Shown here piece by piece: positions 25,747 to 39,134 of a stretch of DNA of 64,000 nucleotides. Source of the DNA: Octopus bimaculoides (taxonomy: Eukaryota). Within the stretch, counting starts at the first letter, position 1. Each line of letters begins with the position of its first letter. The notes beneath the pieces are model-generated. The model was not told where the DNA came from, did not search any database, and saw only the letters and a program-made list of their open reading frames with translations. A program made the translations under genes and the position numbers. The stretch lies in NCBI RefSeq assembly GCF_001194135.2, contig NC_068983.1, positions 157,506,764 through 157,570,763 of the forward strand. The letters are read 5' to 3'.

Positions 25747-26452
25747 CCAATGCCTTGTGCTTAAGCAAAATACTATTCACTATTTATTAGAACACCACTA
25801 TGCATTTGAAGGAGCTAAAAGACACTGCCAGTAAAATCAGGTTCATAATTGGAACAGCAGATATTTGATTAAAGATAAGAAAAAACCCCAGCATACCTGC
25901 AGCTCTATTGTCAGAACCACTTCCTTTATTTGGCTCTATGTCAATAAAAATAATACCGAGGCAGGCTTATGTTGCAAGAAAGATCTTCCAGCCAAGACCA
26001 GCCTACCTTTTATTTAGATAAAGTATATAACACTATGTAATCCAATTTCTTTTTTGATACAGTAATTTAAAGAAGATCTAGTGCTGTTTCTTGATTGGTC
26101 TTACTGTTAGATCTATTTTATAACTTAAGTGAGTTTACCATTATAAAACAAATATAAATTCTAATAAAACATCTGATATTAGTTCTGAAAGAAGCCCATT
26201 GTGTATATATAAATGTTTATGTTTGTGTGTCTGTGTTTGTCCCATCCACCATCAATTGACAACCAATGTTGGTGTGTTTACGTCGCCATAAATTAGTGGT
26301 TTGGCAAAAGAGACCGATAGAATAAGTACTAGGCTTACAAAGAATAAATTCTGGAGTCGATTTGTTCAACTAAAGGTGGTGCTCCAGTATGGCTGCAGTC
26401 AAATGACTGAAACAAAAATAAAAGAATATATTTGAATATATAAAGATCTTAC

Positions 26453-26498
26453 CAGTTGATAAATGACACACTTTATAGTGATCCGCCAGTAATGGAGC
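26453..26498 (-). CDS. AK2: Adenylate kinase 2, exon 2 (46 nt): APLLADHYKVCHLST(G)
   Basis: TTTTACTTTTAG|GCTCCA..TCAACTG|GTAAG. Phase 0/1 exactly bridges exon 1 and exon 3. Homologous to human APRLAENFCVCHLATG. Absent from the ORF track. Confidence 0.95.
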
Positions 26499-27196
26499 CT
26501 AAAAGTAAAAATTAACACTGTTTGATGAAGTAATTAAAGTATATATTGAGTTAAGCATTCTCATAAGACAAAATCAAACTACAGAACATGCCAAATGCAA
26601 TATCATAAAATATAAGATATTTATATTTATTCAAGGAATATTTAGACTAGTAATTATGAGCAAGCGGCTAATAGAGCTTCTGCTTACTTATCAAATACAT
26701 AACAGCTCATGTTTACGCTTCCAATTCACTCACAATTAGGAATCTCAACAACACATTATTACTTTCCTTCATTGTTACAGTTAATGTTTGCATTCTTCTA
26801 TGCCTTCAAGTCAATGCTCAATAAAATTAAACACTAATCTTACCAGTAACAATAAAATAACTGCTGTAAGACTATGAAAGCAAACAGCTTAAACAATAGA
26901 GGTAAAATGGTTCTGAAACTCTCCTTTGTTTCAGCTCTCCATTCAAAGAGATTTACTAATGTATGTGAAGAGCTTGTCATTTAAACTTTCCACACAATCC
27001 ATGTCTATAAAATTCAGAAAGCAAGTTTGGGCAAATAAGTAATAAAACTTCAGGGGATCTTGAATTAATGGTAGAATAAAACAAGAGATAATCACAAACT
27101 AGGATACTTTAATTCTATCATCTTAAATGTAGAAGAAAAGAAAAAAGTATGGAGTGGTTAGTAAAATATAAAATGTATCCAAAAATACAAATGAAA

Positions 27197-28185
27197 GGAG
27201 TGACTGTGTGATAAGAAGCTTGCTTCCCAATGACATGGTTCCTGGTTCAGTCCCACTGCATGGCACCTTACACAAGTGTCTTTTACTATAGCCTCAGGCT
27301 GACCAAGGTAGATTTGGTAGATGGAAACTAAGAGAAGCCCTTTGAATATAAATCTGTGTGTGTGTGTTTGTATTTGTCCCTCACCATTACTTGAGAACTG
27401 GTGTAGGTGAGTTTACATCCCCATAATTTAGCGGTTCAGCAAGAAAGACTGACAGAATAAGTACCAGGCTTAAAAAATAAAGAGTACTGGGGGTCGATTC
27501 ATTTGACTAAAATTCTTCAAGGCAGTGCCCCAGCATGGCCACATCCTAATGACTAAAACAAATAATAAAATAAAAGAAAAGAATAATGCAAACAGCAAAA
27601 TAAGTTTTCCTGATAGCTTACAATCTTCATCTTTTACCCTTTACTTGTTGCAGTCATTAGACTGGCCATGCTGGGGCACTGCCTTGAAGAGGTCTTAGTC
27701 AAATGGATCTGCCTCAATACTTAGGGTTTTTTTCTTTAAAACCTGGTACTTATTCTAAGGGTTTCTTTTGCCAAACTGCTAAGTTATGGGAACGTAAACA
27801 TACCAACACTGGTTAAGAGGTGGTGGAAGATAAACACAGACACAAACACACAGATATATTTTCTTTTATTCTTCTACTTGTTTCAGTCATTTGACAACAG
27901 CCATGCTGGAGTACAGACTCAAAGGACTTTTAGTTGAACAAATTGACCCCAGGACTTATTTTTTAAGCCTAGTACTTATTCTATTGGTCTCTTTTGCCGA
28001 ACTGCTAAGTTACTGGGATGTAAATATACCAACACAGGTTGTGAAGCGATGATGGGGAGGACAAACACGGACACAAAGACATACACACAAATATATACAT
28101 ACAACAGGCTTTCATAAGGCTTTGGTCAGCCTGAGTTTATAGTAGAAGACACTTGCCCAAGGTGCCACACAATGGGACTGAACCC
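27197..28185. mobile_element. Three family C SINE copies: one plus (27197-27570) and two minus (27640-27850, 27870-28185)
   Basis: TCTTCAAGGCAGTGCCCCAGCATGGCC at 27514-27540 is the exact reverse complement of 27664-27690. Confidence 0.8.
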
Positions 28186-28261
28186 CCAAAATTTATAGTG
28201 AACCAATAGAGTTTATAAACTCACGTTAGCTTGCTTCCATTCTGTATTTGTTTTTTAACGC

Positions 28262-28297
<36 letters not shown>

Positions 28298-28384
28298 CAC
28301 TTCAAATTTTTGCCAACCTCACCTTACTGACAATAATAATTATAATAATAGTTTCAAATTTTTCCACAAGGATAATCATTTTGG

Positions 28385-28561
28385 GGGAGGGGATGAGTTG
28401 ATTACATCGACCCCAGTGTTGATCTGGTACTTATTTTATCAACCGCAAAAGGATGAAAAGTAAAGTTGACCTTGGTGGAATTTGAACTCAGAATGTCGTG
28501 ATGGGCGAAATACTAATAAGCATTTCATCTGGCGTGCTAACAATTCTGCCAGCTCGCTGCC
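28385..28561 (-). mobile_element. SINE family A copy
   Basis: Reverse complement of GGCAGCGAGCTGGCAGAATTGTTAGCACG..GAGTTCAAATTCCACCAAGGTCAAC..AATAAGTACCAG. Confidence 0.8.
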
Positions 28562-28579
28562 TTAATAAGAATAATAAAT

Positions 28580-29300
28580 GAAGTGCTTATGTTCAAGAAC
28601 AAACATTGAGGACAAACTATGAGAAGTGCAGAAATGATAAAACAACTGAGCGCGACAAATTCAGAATCTGTGGTGAGAGAGGGCTGAAACAATGTTGCAC
28701 ATTGTTAGTGAATGCTCAAAATTGACACGAGTGTAATAAGAAAGGTTACATAACAATGTGGCAAGAATGATCCACTTGGAGCTCTGTGGAAATTATGGCC
28801 TAGAAAGATCAAAGATATGGTATGATCAAATCCCAGGAGTTACTGAGAAAGAGGATTGCAATGATTCAGTGTGACCATCAAATTAGACATTGGAAACCTG
28901 ACATTATTGTAGTGAACAGAAAGGAAAAAAAACATGCCAGATAACTGACATAGCATTCCTGGTGACAACAGGATCAAAGAAGAAAAAAGGGAAAAGTGAA
29001 TAACTACGATAAACTGAAGTGGGAAATATGCAGGTTATGTGCAATGATGAGAGTGAACTTGATACGAACAGTGATTGGCACACTTGGAATTATTAGTACC
29101 CAACCACCAGCACGGCTCAAAAAGATTGGTACAAATGTAAAGATAGAACACCTACAAAAATCATCATTGCTTGGAACTGCAAGAGTTCTCTGCAGGGTTC
29201 TTGAAGTATGATCAACGAACAAGTGTTGCCTTAGTCTGCTGGCTGTGGGCAGTGGACACTTTCCATCATACCCAGTAAAATAAGCTGAGAGTTTTCATCA
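28580..29300 (+). mobile_element. 5'-truncated R4/Dong-clade non-LTR retrotransposon (CCHC finger plus restriction-like endonuclease)
   Basis: Across frameshifts: RICGERAETMLHIVSECSKL..HNNVARMIH..DIIVVNRKEK..ITDIAF..YDKLKWEICRL..VIGTLG..IEHLQKSSLLGTARVLCRVLEV* (stop at 29211). TAA-rich tracts on both sides. Confidence 0.85.
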
Positions 29301-29931
29301 AAATAATGATAGTAACAATGATAACAACAACAATAATAATAATAATAATAATAGTATCTGAAACACCTCAGACCAGTTTAACCCTTTTGATATCAACTTG
29401 CCTGAAACCATCACAGGTTCTATGATACAAACTCATTTTAAAATGATCTTTATCAAAACCTTTCATCGAAAATTTCTTTGCTAATTTATGTTCCAAACAC
29501 CAGCTTAAAATAAAGTTATTTTAATAAATTCTTCATTATTTAAAATTTTAATTGAAACAAATGAAGAGTATTTCAACAGAAATATGGTAACAAGAGGCTT
29601 AAGCAAATCAAAACTTATAACGAAATGCTGATGAGAGCTTCTTAAAACAAGTTTAAAAGAAAGAAAAAAGGATGAATACTTTGAGCAGCTCTTAACCACT
29701 CCAGCCCAGTCAATCCGTATTAGATTTGGAATGTGCAAAGGATGAAATGAAAAAGACAATATCTTCCCAAAACAGAAAGTAAAAAGGACTAAGCACTAGC
29801 TTCAAAAACCACTGGAAGTGGATATTAAGAGGTTTCTTAATGTTTCACCACAATCTTTAGGGGGGGGGACGACAAGAATACAAGCACTTGACATGTAGAA
29901 AATAAGAAACTCTGATGAAATTATCAAAACA

Positions 29932-29981
<50 letters not shown>

Positions 29982-32900
29982 GGAATCTTTAGCCAAGCAG
30001 ACTAGAGATAGAAGTCTAATGACTTGACTTAGGGGTTGTTATTGTTGTTTAACTTCATGTTAGCTCATACCAGATCTATGAACATCCTGGCTTTTTTGTG
30101 TATTAGAAATACATTGTGAAATGTGTCCAGTTCTTTTTTTAAAGATAAATGAGTGTAATTTGGAGAATAGCTGACTGTTACTTTTAGTGTTGGGATGTAA
30201 CACAATAGCAATCATGGGCAAACTGCAGTGTATGGAACTTTCTGAATTTTTTTTCTTTCTTTTAGTAGTGCAGCCTGTCTGATGATGTATCAGTCCCATT
30301 TGGCCTGCTTCTTGAAAAGGTTGCCCACACCTGTACTATAGTAACAAGTAATATTTGGCTAGTGATCACGTGATCAGTCAGTTAACAACCTTCCAGTTAC
30401 TGTGCCCAAATATATGGGTGTATTAATTTCAGAATACTACAAAAATGTCAAATGGAACACTGATCAATAAAAGCAATTGTTTAACTATATTTCATTTGAA
30501 AAATCATAAAATATTATGACAGCATTGTAGATGACACAAATGTCATATTAAAAATCAGTAACTTAACAGTTTTTACTGTCATGCTTGGAAATGATTAATT
30601 ATGATACACTAACTACATTTGTGGGAGAAATTTCTGGATTGTTTGTAAATATTTTACACAGGCAGCAACATATGCAAAAAATTTTCAAGTAATTGGCATT
30701 TCTATCTACAGCTCTTTTTCTATATGGGTAAACTGCTGCTATTTAATCAAAACAGGCTTGAGCTAACCATGATTTGCCAATGAGGTTCAATCAGAGGGAA
30801 ATATAACCATAGCTCTCCTTTTGTCTGCAAACAATTAAATTTTCCTGTGAGCATGGAAATATATTTTGGGAAATAAATTCTTAATTTTTTAAAATTATCT
30901 CTCTGTTCAGTGAGAGTTAACAATTACTGCTGAGTCTTTGGTTTTTTTTTAAGGAAATAGCAATTAACCCTTTTGTTACTGTATTTATTTTGAGATGATC
31001 TGTGTTTCTTTCAATTGCTTTAAATATAACAAAGAATTTAGTACAATAACTTAGTTATCATTCAGCTAGTGTTAGGAGCATAAATTGTGACTAAGGTTTG
31101 GTAGAAGATTTTAATTCAAAACTTATGAAAACAAGTTATTTGTACTTTAAGGACTTGTAATTACATTTAAAAAATTCTGTTAGTTTAGATTTTGCCTGGA
31201 CAGTTAAACCAGATTGAGCCATTACAAATAGTTCTGGGGTTTCTATTTGTACTTGGCTTTCATTTTTGTATTCCATAATCATCTTCAGATACCGAACAGG
31301 TATAAAAACATATGCTGTCAAATTCTTTATGAAATAGTACTCTTCTTGTAGATTTGATCATGAAATGAGCATGTTTTATAAAACATAATCAGGAGATCGC
31401 AACAAAATAGTTAAAAAATCTGCAGACCTAGCAGTTGCAAAGGAAAATAACCTGGTTATAAATTAACTTTGCAAGATAATGCAAGTAAGCTGTAGTGATC
31501 AGACATACAAGCATTCACAAAATAACATTAATTTTATCAATTTTGATGAGTTCAACATTCCTTGAGGTCTAAAATAAAAATACTAGATACAATAAGAAAT
31601 GTAATTAAGAGCTGTATTTAACAATTAATAACAAGGTGAAATAAAACTTTATTGTTTAGTTTAAATACTATTCATATGGCCTTAAAGTTTGAAGAAAATC
31701 AAAATCATGAAAAATAAATTTCAAAGTTTCATCAACAAGTGATGTTAAAGAAACCCCGAAATACGCTAGTTAATTATTAACACAAGACTGGAAATATGGT
31801 CTTGTCAATTTTGGTGGTTCTGAAAGCAATTTTTTTGCAAAAATAATTGATAATTACCAATTAATTAGCATATAATAAAATAATGAAATGTAGCAATAAG
31901 CAACTCAGAAGTAAACACTAGAATATAGCTAAAAGGCAAAATTCTCTGTAAGAGGAGCTTTGTCTTTTTTTTTTTTTTCAATCTATAGAGAAACAGCTAA
32001 ACTAGCCCTGTTTGTAAGGAACTATATAGGTTACATAAAAATATATATTGTCATCTAAAATATTAGAGCTCAAAGTTTACCATTCATAGATCATATGTGA
32101 ATTCATTCATTACAACTTAATAGATATAATTCAAATTTAAAAGATAATCATACATGTATTTAGGTCATACAGTACTTGAGAAATATTTGCTAAAAGAACA
32201 ATTGTAAAAACTATGAACACCCAAATCTGAATTATCTATGTTTAAATATGTTAAAGGTTGCTGATTATTGTTTGGAACAAGAAGCAGGAAATTAAAACAA
32301 TATGATGTAACGACCACCTGCAGAAAACATGTTATAACCCCTAATGGATTACAGATCACTAGTCATTGTCTGATATGTTAACAGCTAGCTACGCACTCAG
32401 ACAATCTATCCTTCTTTTGTCAATTGATTATAAGTCATATGGAAGAAGTGAGTAGAGTGAACTAACTCAATCAGGAACTGAACTCAGATGCAGACTCGCT
32501 TTTCTGGGAATGTCACTACTTCATCAAATTTATATAAGAATAAAATAGAGCACAACAAAAGTAAAATGAGCTAAGGGAAATAACTCAACTTGATCAATAG
32601 CATTAATTTAGATAAATACTTTAAGAGGTGATGTACTGATATAATTTCATGAAATTAAGAATTAATTTTACAGCAAATTTATTTACACACTTCTGATCTG
32701 TAATTGCTATCAGAGGGACAACTTTGAACATGTTTCAGTCTTAGTGGGCCTCATCAGCATAATATAGCTACTCAAGCCTGTTTTGATCATTTGAGAAGAG
32801 TTTTTACATATAGAAAAAGTTAATTTTAGGACAGTAAAATGTGCATAATTTTTTTTTTAAATGAGCAAAGGGAAATAACTCTAGTGGATCACCAGCATCC

Positions 32901-33983
32901 TTTTTATGTTCATTTTCTCCTGCTTGCATGACTTGGCCAGGCCTTCTCCAGCATAGCAGCTTGCCACTTGTTGCCTTCCAATGTTATCTACTTAATGAGA
33001 CTGAGTCTGTTGAGATGGTCTTCAGTATGTCCTCCCAGGTTTTTTTCCACAGCTACCTTCCACTTGCATGCATTAATACTTCTTTGCTCAGCTGTTATCA
33101 TCCAAACACATTAAATGTCCAACCTACTATAATCTTTTCTCCTGAGCACAACATTTGATTCCTTATATCCAATTTTTCTCTCAGTTCATTTGTACATTAT
33201 TCATGTACTTTAACATTACACACCCAGCTGTGCATGCTATATTTTTTTCCAGCCTCTGCCCAAAGCTTATATTTTGCTTACTATGCAACATTACACTTTA
33301 TACACAAGCACCATATGATTTACCCTTTATTCAAACAGAGAATCTCTCTCTTGCTAGTAGACATGAATTTAGATAAATATGTTAAGGTAATGTACTGAAT
33401 GGAATAGATTGTGAGTTAAGTCTTTTGTAGGAAATTTGTTGTCTCAAAACACTTTTATTCTAGATATTTCAGCTAGCTATCGAGAACAGGTGTCAGACTT
33501 GTAATCACCCAATGATAATGTAAGGTTACGCAACTGATTCTGTCACCAATATTTTTAACTTGATCAAACCTATATGGTTCTGTTGTGCTTTTAAAATTTT
33601 ATAGACAGTGGAGGATGGATAATCTTCCTGATCCTTACAGGCCCTCCCAAACTGATACAGTTGATTATATTTGGATTAAAGTTTTGTAGGCTGACAACCT
33701 TATGAAGCAAAATGTGATGCAAATGGATGAAGATAGCTGATAGCTGAATAAAAAAGTACTGATCACTTAGTGTAAATTGAGCTTAAAGTAGAGGAGGCTG
33801 ATGAAGATATAGGACAAGCTTTTTCCTAATATCACTTCACTTTCTTACTACCTGAATGCATTTCTTTTGTTATCCATCCTACCTTCTTTAATACTGTCCT
33901 CGATACCCACTTTTTGCATTGATCACCTTCAACCACATCTCTCTCTCTCACTAGTCTTTTCCCTACTTAAATAAATAATAAAT

Positions 33984-34230
33984 GCGCCCTTTTAAAGCCT
34001 AGCCAGGCTCATGGGCCCGGTTTCCCAGTTTCAATGGCGTATGTGTTCCCCAGCTGGACGGGATGCCAGTCCATCGCAGTGTTACTCATTTTTACCAGCT
34101 GAGTGGACTGGAACAACATGAAATGAAATGTTTTGCTCAAGAACAAAACGCGTCGCCCGGTCCAGGAATCGAAACCACAATCTTACGATCATGGTACTGA
34201 CACCCTAACCACTAGGCCATGCGCCTCCAC
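33984..34230 (-). mobile_element. SINE family D copy
   Basis: Close match to 25500-25746. A/T-rich tail TTAAATAAATAATAAAT at about 33967-33983. Confidence 0.85.
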
Positions 34231-37200
34231 TTTTCTCTACTTACTGTACCTTTATTACTATTCAGCCACTCTTCCTACCTTACCCCGAACTCATACGTAT
34301 CACTGGCTATCCCCACTCTTAATCCACCATAAACTACATCCATCTCTCAACCCCACTCAATTTCTACAGGTGTCATCTACTCTCCCCTACTTATTATCCC
34401 TCAACACCTGTTCTTCATTATATTCATCCCTTAACCCATTCCCTATCTCTAACTCCCCTACATACTCTTACAATCTCAACTCACAAACACTTCCTATTCT
34501 CCTGTTCCCACTCACATCTACTCCCTTCCAACTTTGAGGATCCACCATGACAGCTCATCACCACTATTTTACCTCTTTCTAGTTCCACTCTGGTTATTCC
34601 CACCCTTTCTTCCACAAGTTGAGTAGCCATATAGTTCCTCTACAGCAAGAAACCTCTGTTTTGAACATTTCTCTCATACATTATTCCACATCTCCCAGCC
34701 TTAATGCCACCTCTATCTCTACTGTCACCTCACTCAGTCGAAGATCTTAATCTTGCAAGATGTGTGGCAATCTCACAACTGCTGGTGCACTGAAAAAAAA
34801 AAAGCACCCAATACACACTGTAAAGTGGTTGGTGTTAGAAAGGGCATCCAGCAATAGAAATCATACCAATGCAGACATTGGAGCATTATGTAGATCTCAG
34901 ATGCATTGGATCCTGTCAAACTATTCTACTATTTGAAATGTTTAAGATTTATCATGTAAATGTAATTTGAAGCTGTATTAAATTTCTACTTCAGTTTTAA
35001 ATGGATAAAGTGTACAGATTAATTTTCAGTTACCATATTTATAATTTACATTTTAATATTTATAACTTTAAACAGGATTGCTTTTCTAATTAGAAGTAAA
35101 AATTCAGTACTGCAATACACAGTATATTTGTTAAGAGTATCACTGACATAGGTATAAATCTTTGAAAGATGCTATTAAAACAAGTCTAAATATTTATAGC
35201 AGCTATGGGACCATATATACTTGGATGTTTTCATGCATATACTAGGTAATCATTAGTATCACTGCTGTAATCCTTGTTTTTTTTTTACTTTTCTTTTCTT
35301 TCCTTCATTCACCGAACACATCATTTGGGGTTCTGCTACTGATACAGCATTTAGGATTGTATTTTGAATTTCGGTTCCTCAAAAATAGTATCTGGTTGAA
35401 AATATTCGACATAAATATATATGGCATCTATGCAGTGCAGTTGCTACACACAGCTCATTTAAACAGCATCCAAAAGGCCATTTTGACAAAGATTCACTCA
35501 CTGACATGCTATACTCGCTGGCTCACACGCAATATTTCTTTTCTATGCCTTTCCTACCACTACAACTACAGCTTCTGCACTGGACTAGTAAACTGCATAC
35601 ATTCACCCGAACTGGTTTCTCTTCTTTTCATTCAAAATTTCTCTCTCACCACCGGATGTCGTACACAACACATTTCCTAGTCAATCCTTTTCAAATTCCT
35701 CTGGAATCCAACCGACACTCGTGTCACGTTTATTTTATTTGCAAAGGTTACTGAGAATTTCAAACTAAACATGGACTGCATCGAGTTTACTCGTCCAGAA
35801 GGGCCGGCTGAAATCATCGGCGCTGTTTTCTTCTTGTGACTAACGATAAAAATAATTGTTTGCTATCTGTATATTGTATGCCGATTAGAATAATCTGTGT
35901 AGGTACTTGGTAGGGTGTTAAAAGATTAAGCTATATAAGTTACGAGGAAAGCATATCACCGGTGTCTATCTAGATTTCTTGATGTAGACGTGTAACCAAA
36001 GTAGAGGCTCCAAATAGCATCATTCAATATCACAGACAGAAAACTAAGTGACGACAGTCGTTTACATTAGCCCTGATTGAGCAGAACTATGAACAAAGGC
36101 GCTCCAAACACGACCATCACATCGTTTTAGGAACTACATTATTCGAGATGTTTTTTTCTTTTGCTAAGACAGGAGGGTGTAGATTAAGAGATTTGGCTGT
36201 TATTTCTAGCAAGTCGAGCAATCCAGTTAGTTCACAGCGAGTGTTCCAGCGTGGCGATAGTTTGCAAATACATCTGTATATTCTCAATTATTTTAATTTT
36301 ATTTGTAGTTTTGAAATGAAAAGAAAAAAAATCGAGTTCATTTTTTTTCCTTGCCTTCCCAAAACAGTTTACTCAGAACAACTAGTAACTTAATATGTTC
36401 TAAAATATATAAAGTTTAACGATCCTATATTTTTAGAGAAGGAGACATGCATGCCCTTCTCAAGGACACTAGCGGCACAAATCATGTGAAATAAAATGGC
36501 TTAAAGTGATAATCAAGTCGCGAGGTTGTTTGCCGTAGAATTTTACTTTGGAGCCAACGAAGAAATCTCTAGATGATCAATCAACGGCTAAAAAATAGCA
36601 GTCAAATCTCCCTCGTATCAGAACTAACTGTCTTTCCATAAGGAAGTGACACATTATACAATTCAGTTTACATACTCCTAAAAAGATGATGTAGCCATGA
36701 CTGGAATGTCTTTGATAACAGGTCTGCTCAATCAAGGTTAATCTAGGACTAAACAACCTTGAAAGTGATAAAAAAAACAACAAAACCTGTTCAAAAGATA
36801 GGTTTTAAAAAGGTAGCTTGTCGACCTACATACTTTTAATTCATGTCATAAAATAAGCATTGATAATATACACGAGACCTACTAAATAGATTAGATATTA
36901 AATTGGTCGTGTCATAAAAACATTAATCTGATATTAAGTAAAATGAAAAAAAATGTTGTAAATAATATGTTTAAAAAAAACATTTGAATGTCGTGCATAA
37001 ATTACTTTCTAAGTAGTAGTATCTAGTAGAATATGTATTTCATTAATAAATAATGATAATTTCTATTTAAAAATTAATGTTAAAGGTTAAAAGGTTAATA
37101 AATTGAAATATATTACCAAAACTATAAATATCTCTTTTGAAATTATGTTGCTTCATCTATATCTACTAATATAGTTAATAATTATCGATTTAACTTTTCA

Positions 37201-37655
37201 ATAAGAAAAGGACAAACAGGTTATAAAGGTTGTGCTATTTTTGAACAGAAAAACAGTATTCTTCGATTTTAGGCTTTTAGAGAGATAATTGCTAAGATTG
37301 GAGAGAACATGACACGTCCANNNNNNNNNNAACAATGTTGGCGTGCTTATTGAGACGATATTGTTTGAAGCATAAGAATGTATTATTTTAAATATATTCA
37401 GATAGAAAACGCCCTTCACAGTAAGTGTATTCTCACTAAACTTCAAAAACAAATCACGCACGTAGGTCAACAGTCATTTATACTAAATCGATTTTTCCAA
37501 TAAACATGTTTCACAAAGATTGTGGCGGCAATATCAAAAAATTCAAATATGATAATTAATTCTTCAAAACAATTTACTTTTATAGGATAATATATTTTTA
37601 TTAAACCATAAGTAAAAAGGAAAACATTGGAAATTAAAAAAAAAAAAAAACTCAC

Positions 37656-37760
37656 TTGAGTTCCTTTGCCAGAACCTGGTGGCCCAAGTAATACAGCCTT
37701 TACTCCTGGCGTCTGCTCATCTGGTTTTTCAGCAGTCTGTACATTTTGTAATGGGGCCAT
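37656..37760 (-). CDS. AK2: Adenylate kinase 2, exon 1: MAPLQNVQTAEKPDEQTPGVKAVLLGPPGSGKGTQ
   Basis: ATG in GCC-like context, P-loop GPPGSGKGTQ, donor CAA|GTGAG at 37655. 105 nt, phase 0. Spliced CDS 105+46+191+168+231 = 741 nt = 246 aa plus stop. Confidence 0.97.
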
Positions 37761-37904
37761 TATTTAACTTCTCCGCCAAATCTTTTAAACTCGAAGGAAG
37801 GGAAGGAAATGATTTTAAACGATAAAGCAGTCAGAGATGTAATTTTTAACTTTTGCAGTTGGACCCTGCCGTCAATAAAAAGATACGGAGAGTGCTTGAA
37901 ATTA

Positions 37905-37914
37905 ACGCATGCGT
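37905..37914. promoter_or_regulatory. NRF1-like palindrome ACGCATGCGT in the AK2 proximal promoter
   Basis: Contains the CGCATGCG core of the NRF1 site about 145 bp upstream of the ATG, in otherwise CpG-poor DNA. Confidence 0.5.
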
Positions 37915-38699
37915 GATTGTTATGAAAGGGACATAATTTACTTCATGTAAATTTATTTAGGTCGCTTAATTTTTCTTGTTCAACGCAAAACTGGTTTTTG
38001 AGACTAATTATTCAATGGACTTTGACAATATAAAATAAATATTTTCCAATAAGTACAGTCTTCTCTTATCAAAAGTAAATATTAAGATATTTGTTCTGTA
38101 GGCAATTTTATAGTTATATGGTTATATTTGTTAACGATCACAAATATTGATTTTTCATATAACCATAATGTCTGAGATGCGCTATTATAAGAAAAAAAAA
38201 CAGGTTGTAATTTTCTACTGCATTAGTAATTGAAATAAACTGTAATAGTAGTTGTTGTTTAGTCCTAGGTCAACTCTGATCAAACAGAACTATGACCAAA
38301 AAGCTTCTAGCCGTGACCATCCTGCCTTTTTCTTAGATGAAGGGAACCAAAAACCGTACCATCCAACGTTTCCTTTTCTGTTCTGTTAACTAATTTGTAT
38401 TACCAGAATTGCAGGTTATTGGCGGATTAGACTGTATATTAGTTATACTAATTCTCATTCTCATCAATTTGTAGTTGCTAAAGGTTTCTGTAACTTTGGA
38501 TTGATTGGCAATGATCTAGTTGATGTGTGTCTTCATTTAGTTTTAATTTGTATGAAGGTCTAAGACCAATTGATAATTTCAGGACATCTATTGCTTAAAT
38601 TCCTTCAACTGAAGATAAAATTTGTCCTACTAGACCAGTGGTTATTCAGTTCAAAAACGAGATTTATAAGGAATTAATAAGATTATAGAATTAGGATTA

Positions 38700-38910
38700 C
38701 ATTAATGATAATAATGTCCAGGGTTGTAATATTGTAATAATAATTGACAAGGTTGAAGACCAGACAAATCTTCAATTTGATCTGTTAGCTGTTATCCAAT
38801 GGGCGGAGAAGCATAATATGCAACTAAACGAGAAAAAATTCAACCTAATCCACTTCAGTAAAGAGACTGCATTCCAACAACCATACACTCTTCCGTCGGG
38901 CGAAACCTCG
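38700..38910 (+). mobile_element. CR1-type RT C-terminal fragment
   Basis: Translation IIDKVEDQTNLQFDLLAVIQWAEKHNMQLNEKKFNLIHFS matches the post-YADD LQxDLxxxxxWAxxxxMxFNxxK pattern. Confidence 0.7.
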
Positions 38911-38965
38911 TGGCATCTAGCACTGTTAGAGATCTGCGTGTTACACTGAATTGTTTCATTGAATT

Positions 38966-39134
38966 GTTCAACTTATAGCTTTTGAGAGACACTGTTGGTG
39001 CTGGACTGCTGACAAGAAAATTTATGACTTACTACAGTCTCACCTGACTGAAGTAACAGATTATGCTCAGTCAGAAGCGTACTTAGCTGTTCCAGTGCTC
39101 CAACCCCGCAATCACGCTTTAATATTTTGGAGTG
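38966..39134 (+). mobile_element. 169-bp repeat (second copy at 44502-44670), probably a hAT C-terminal dimerization-domain remnant
   Basis: The two copies differ at only a few positions. One frame is open in both: IAFERHCWCWTADKxxYDLLQSHLTEVTDYAQSExYLAVPxLQPRNHALIFWS, similar to hATC ELxxYLxxPxxPRxxxxLxWW. Confidence 0.5.
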
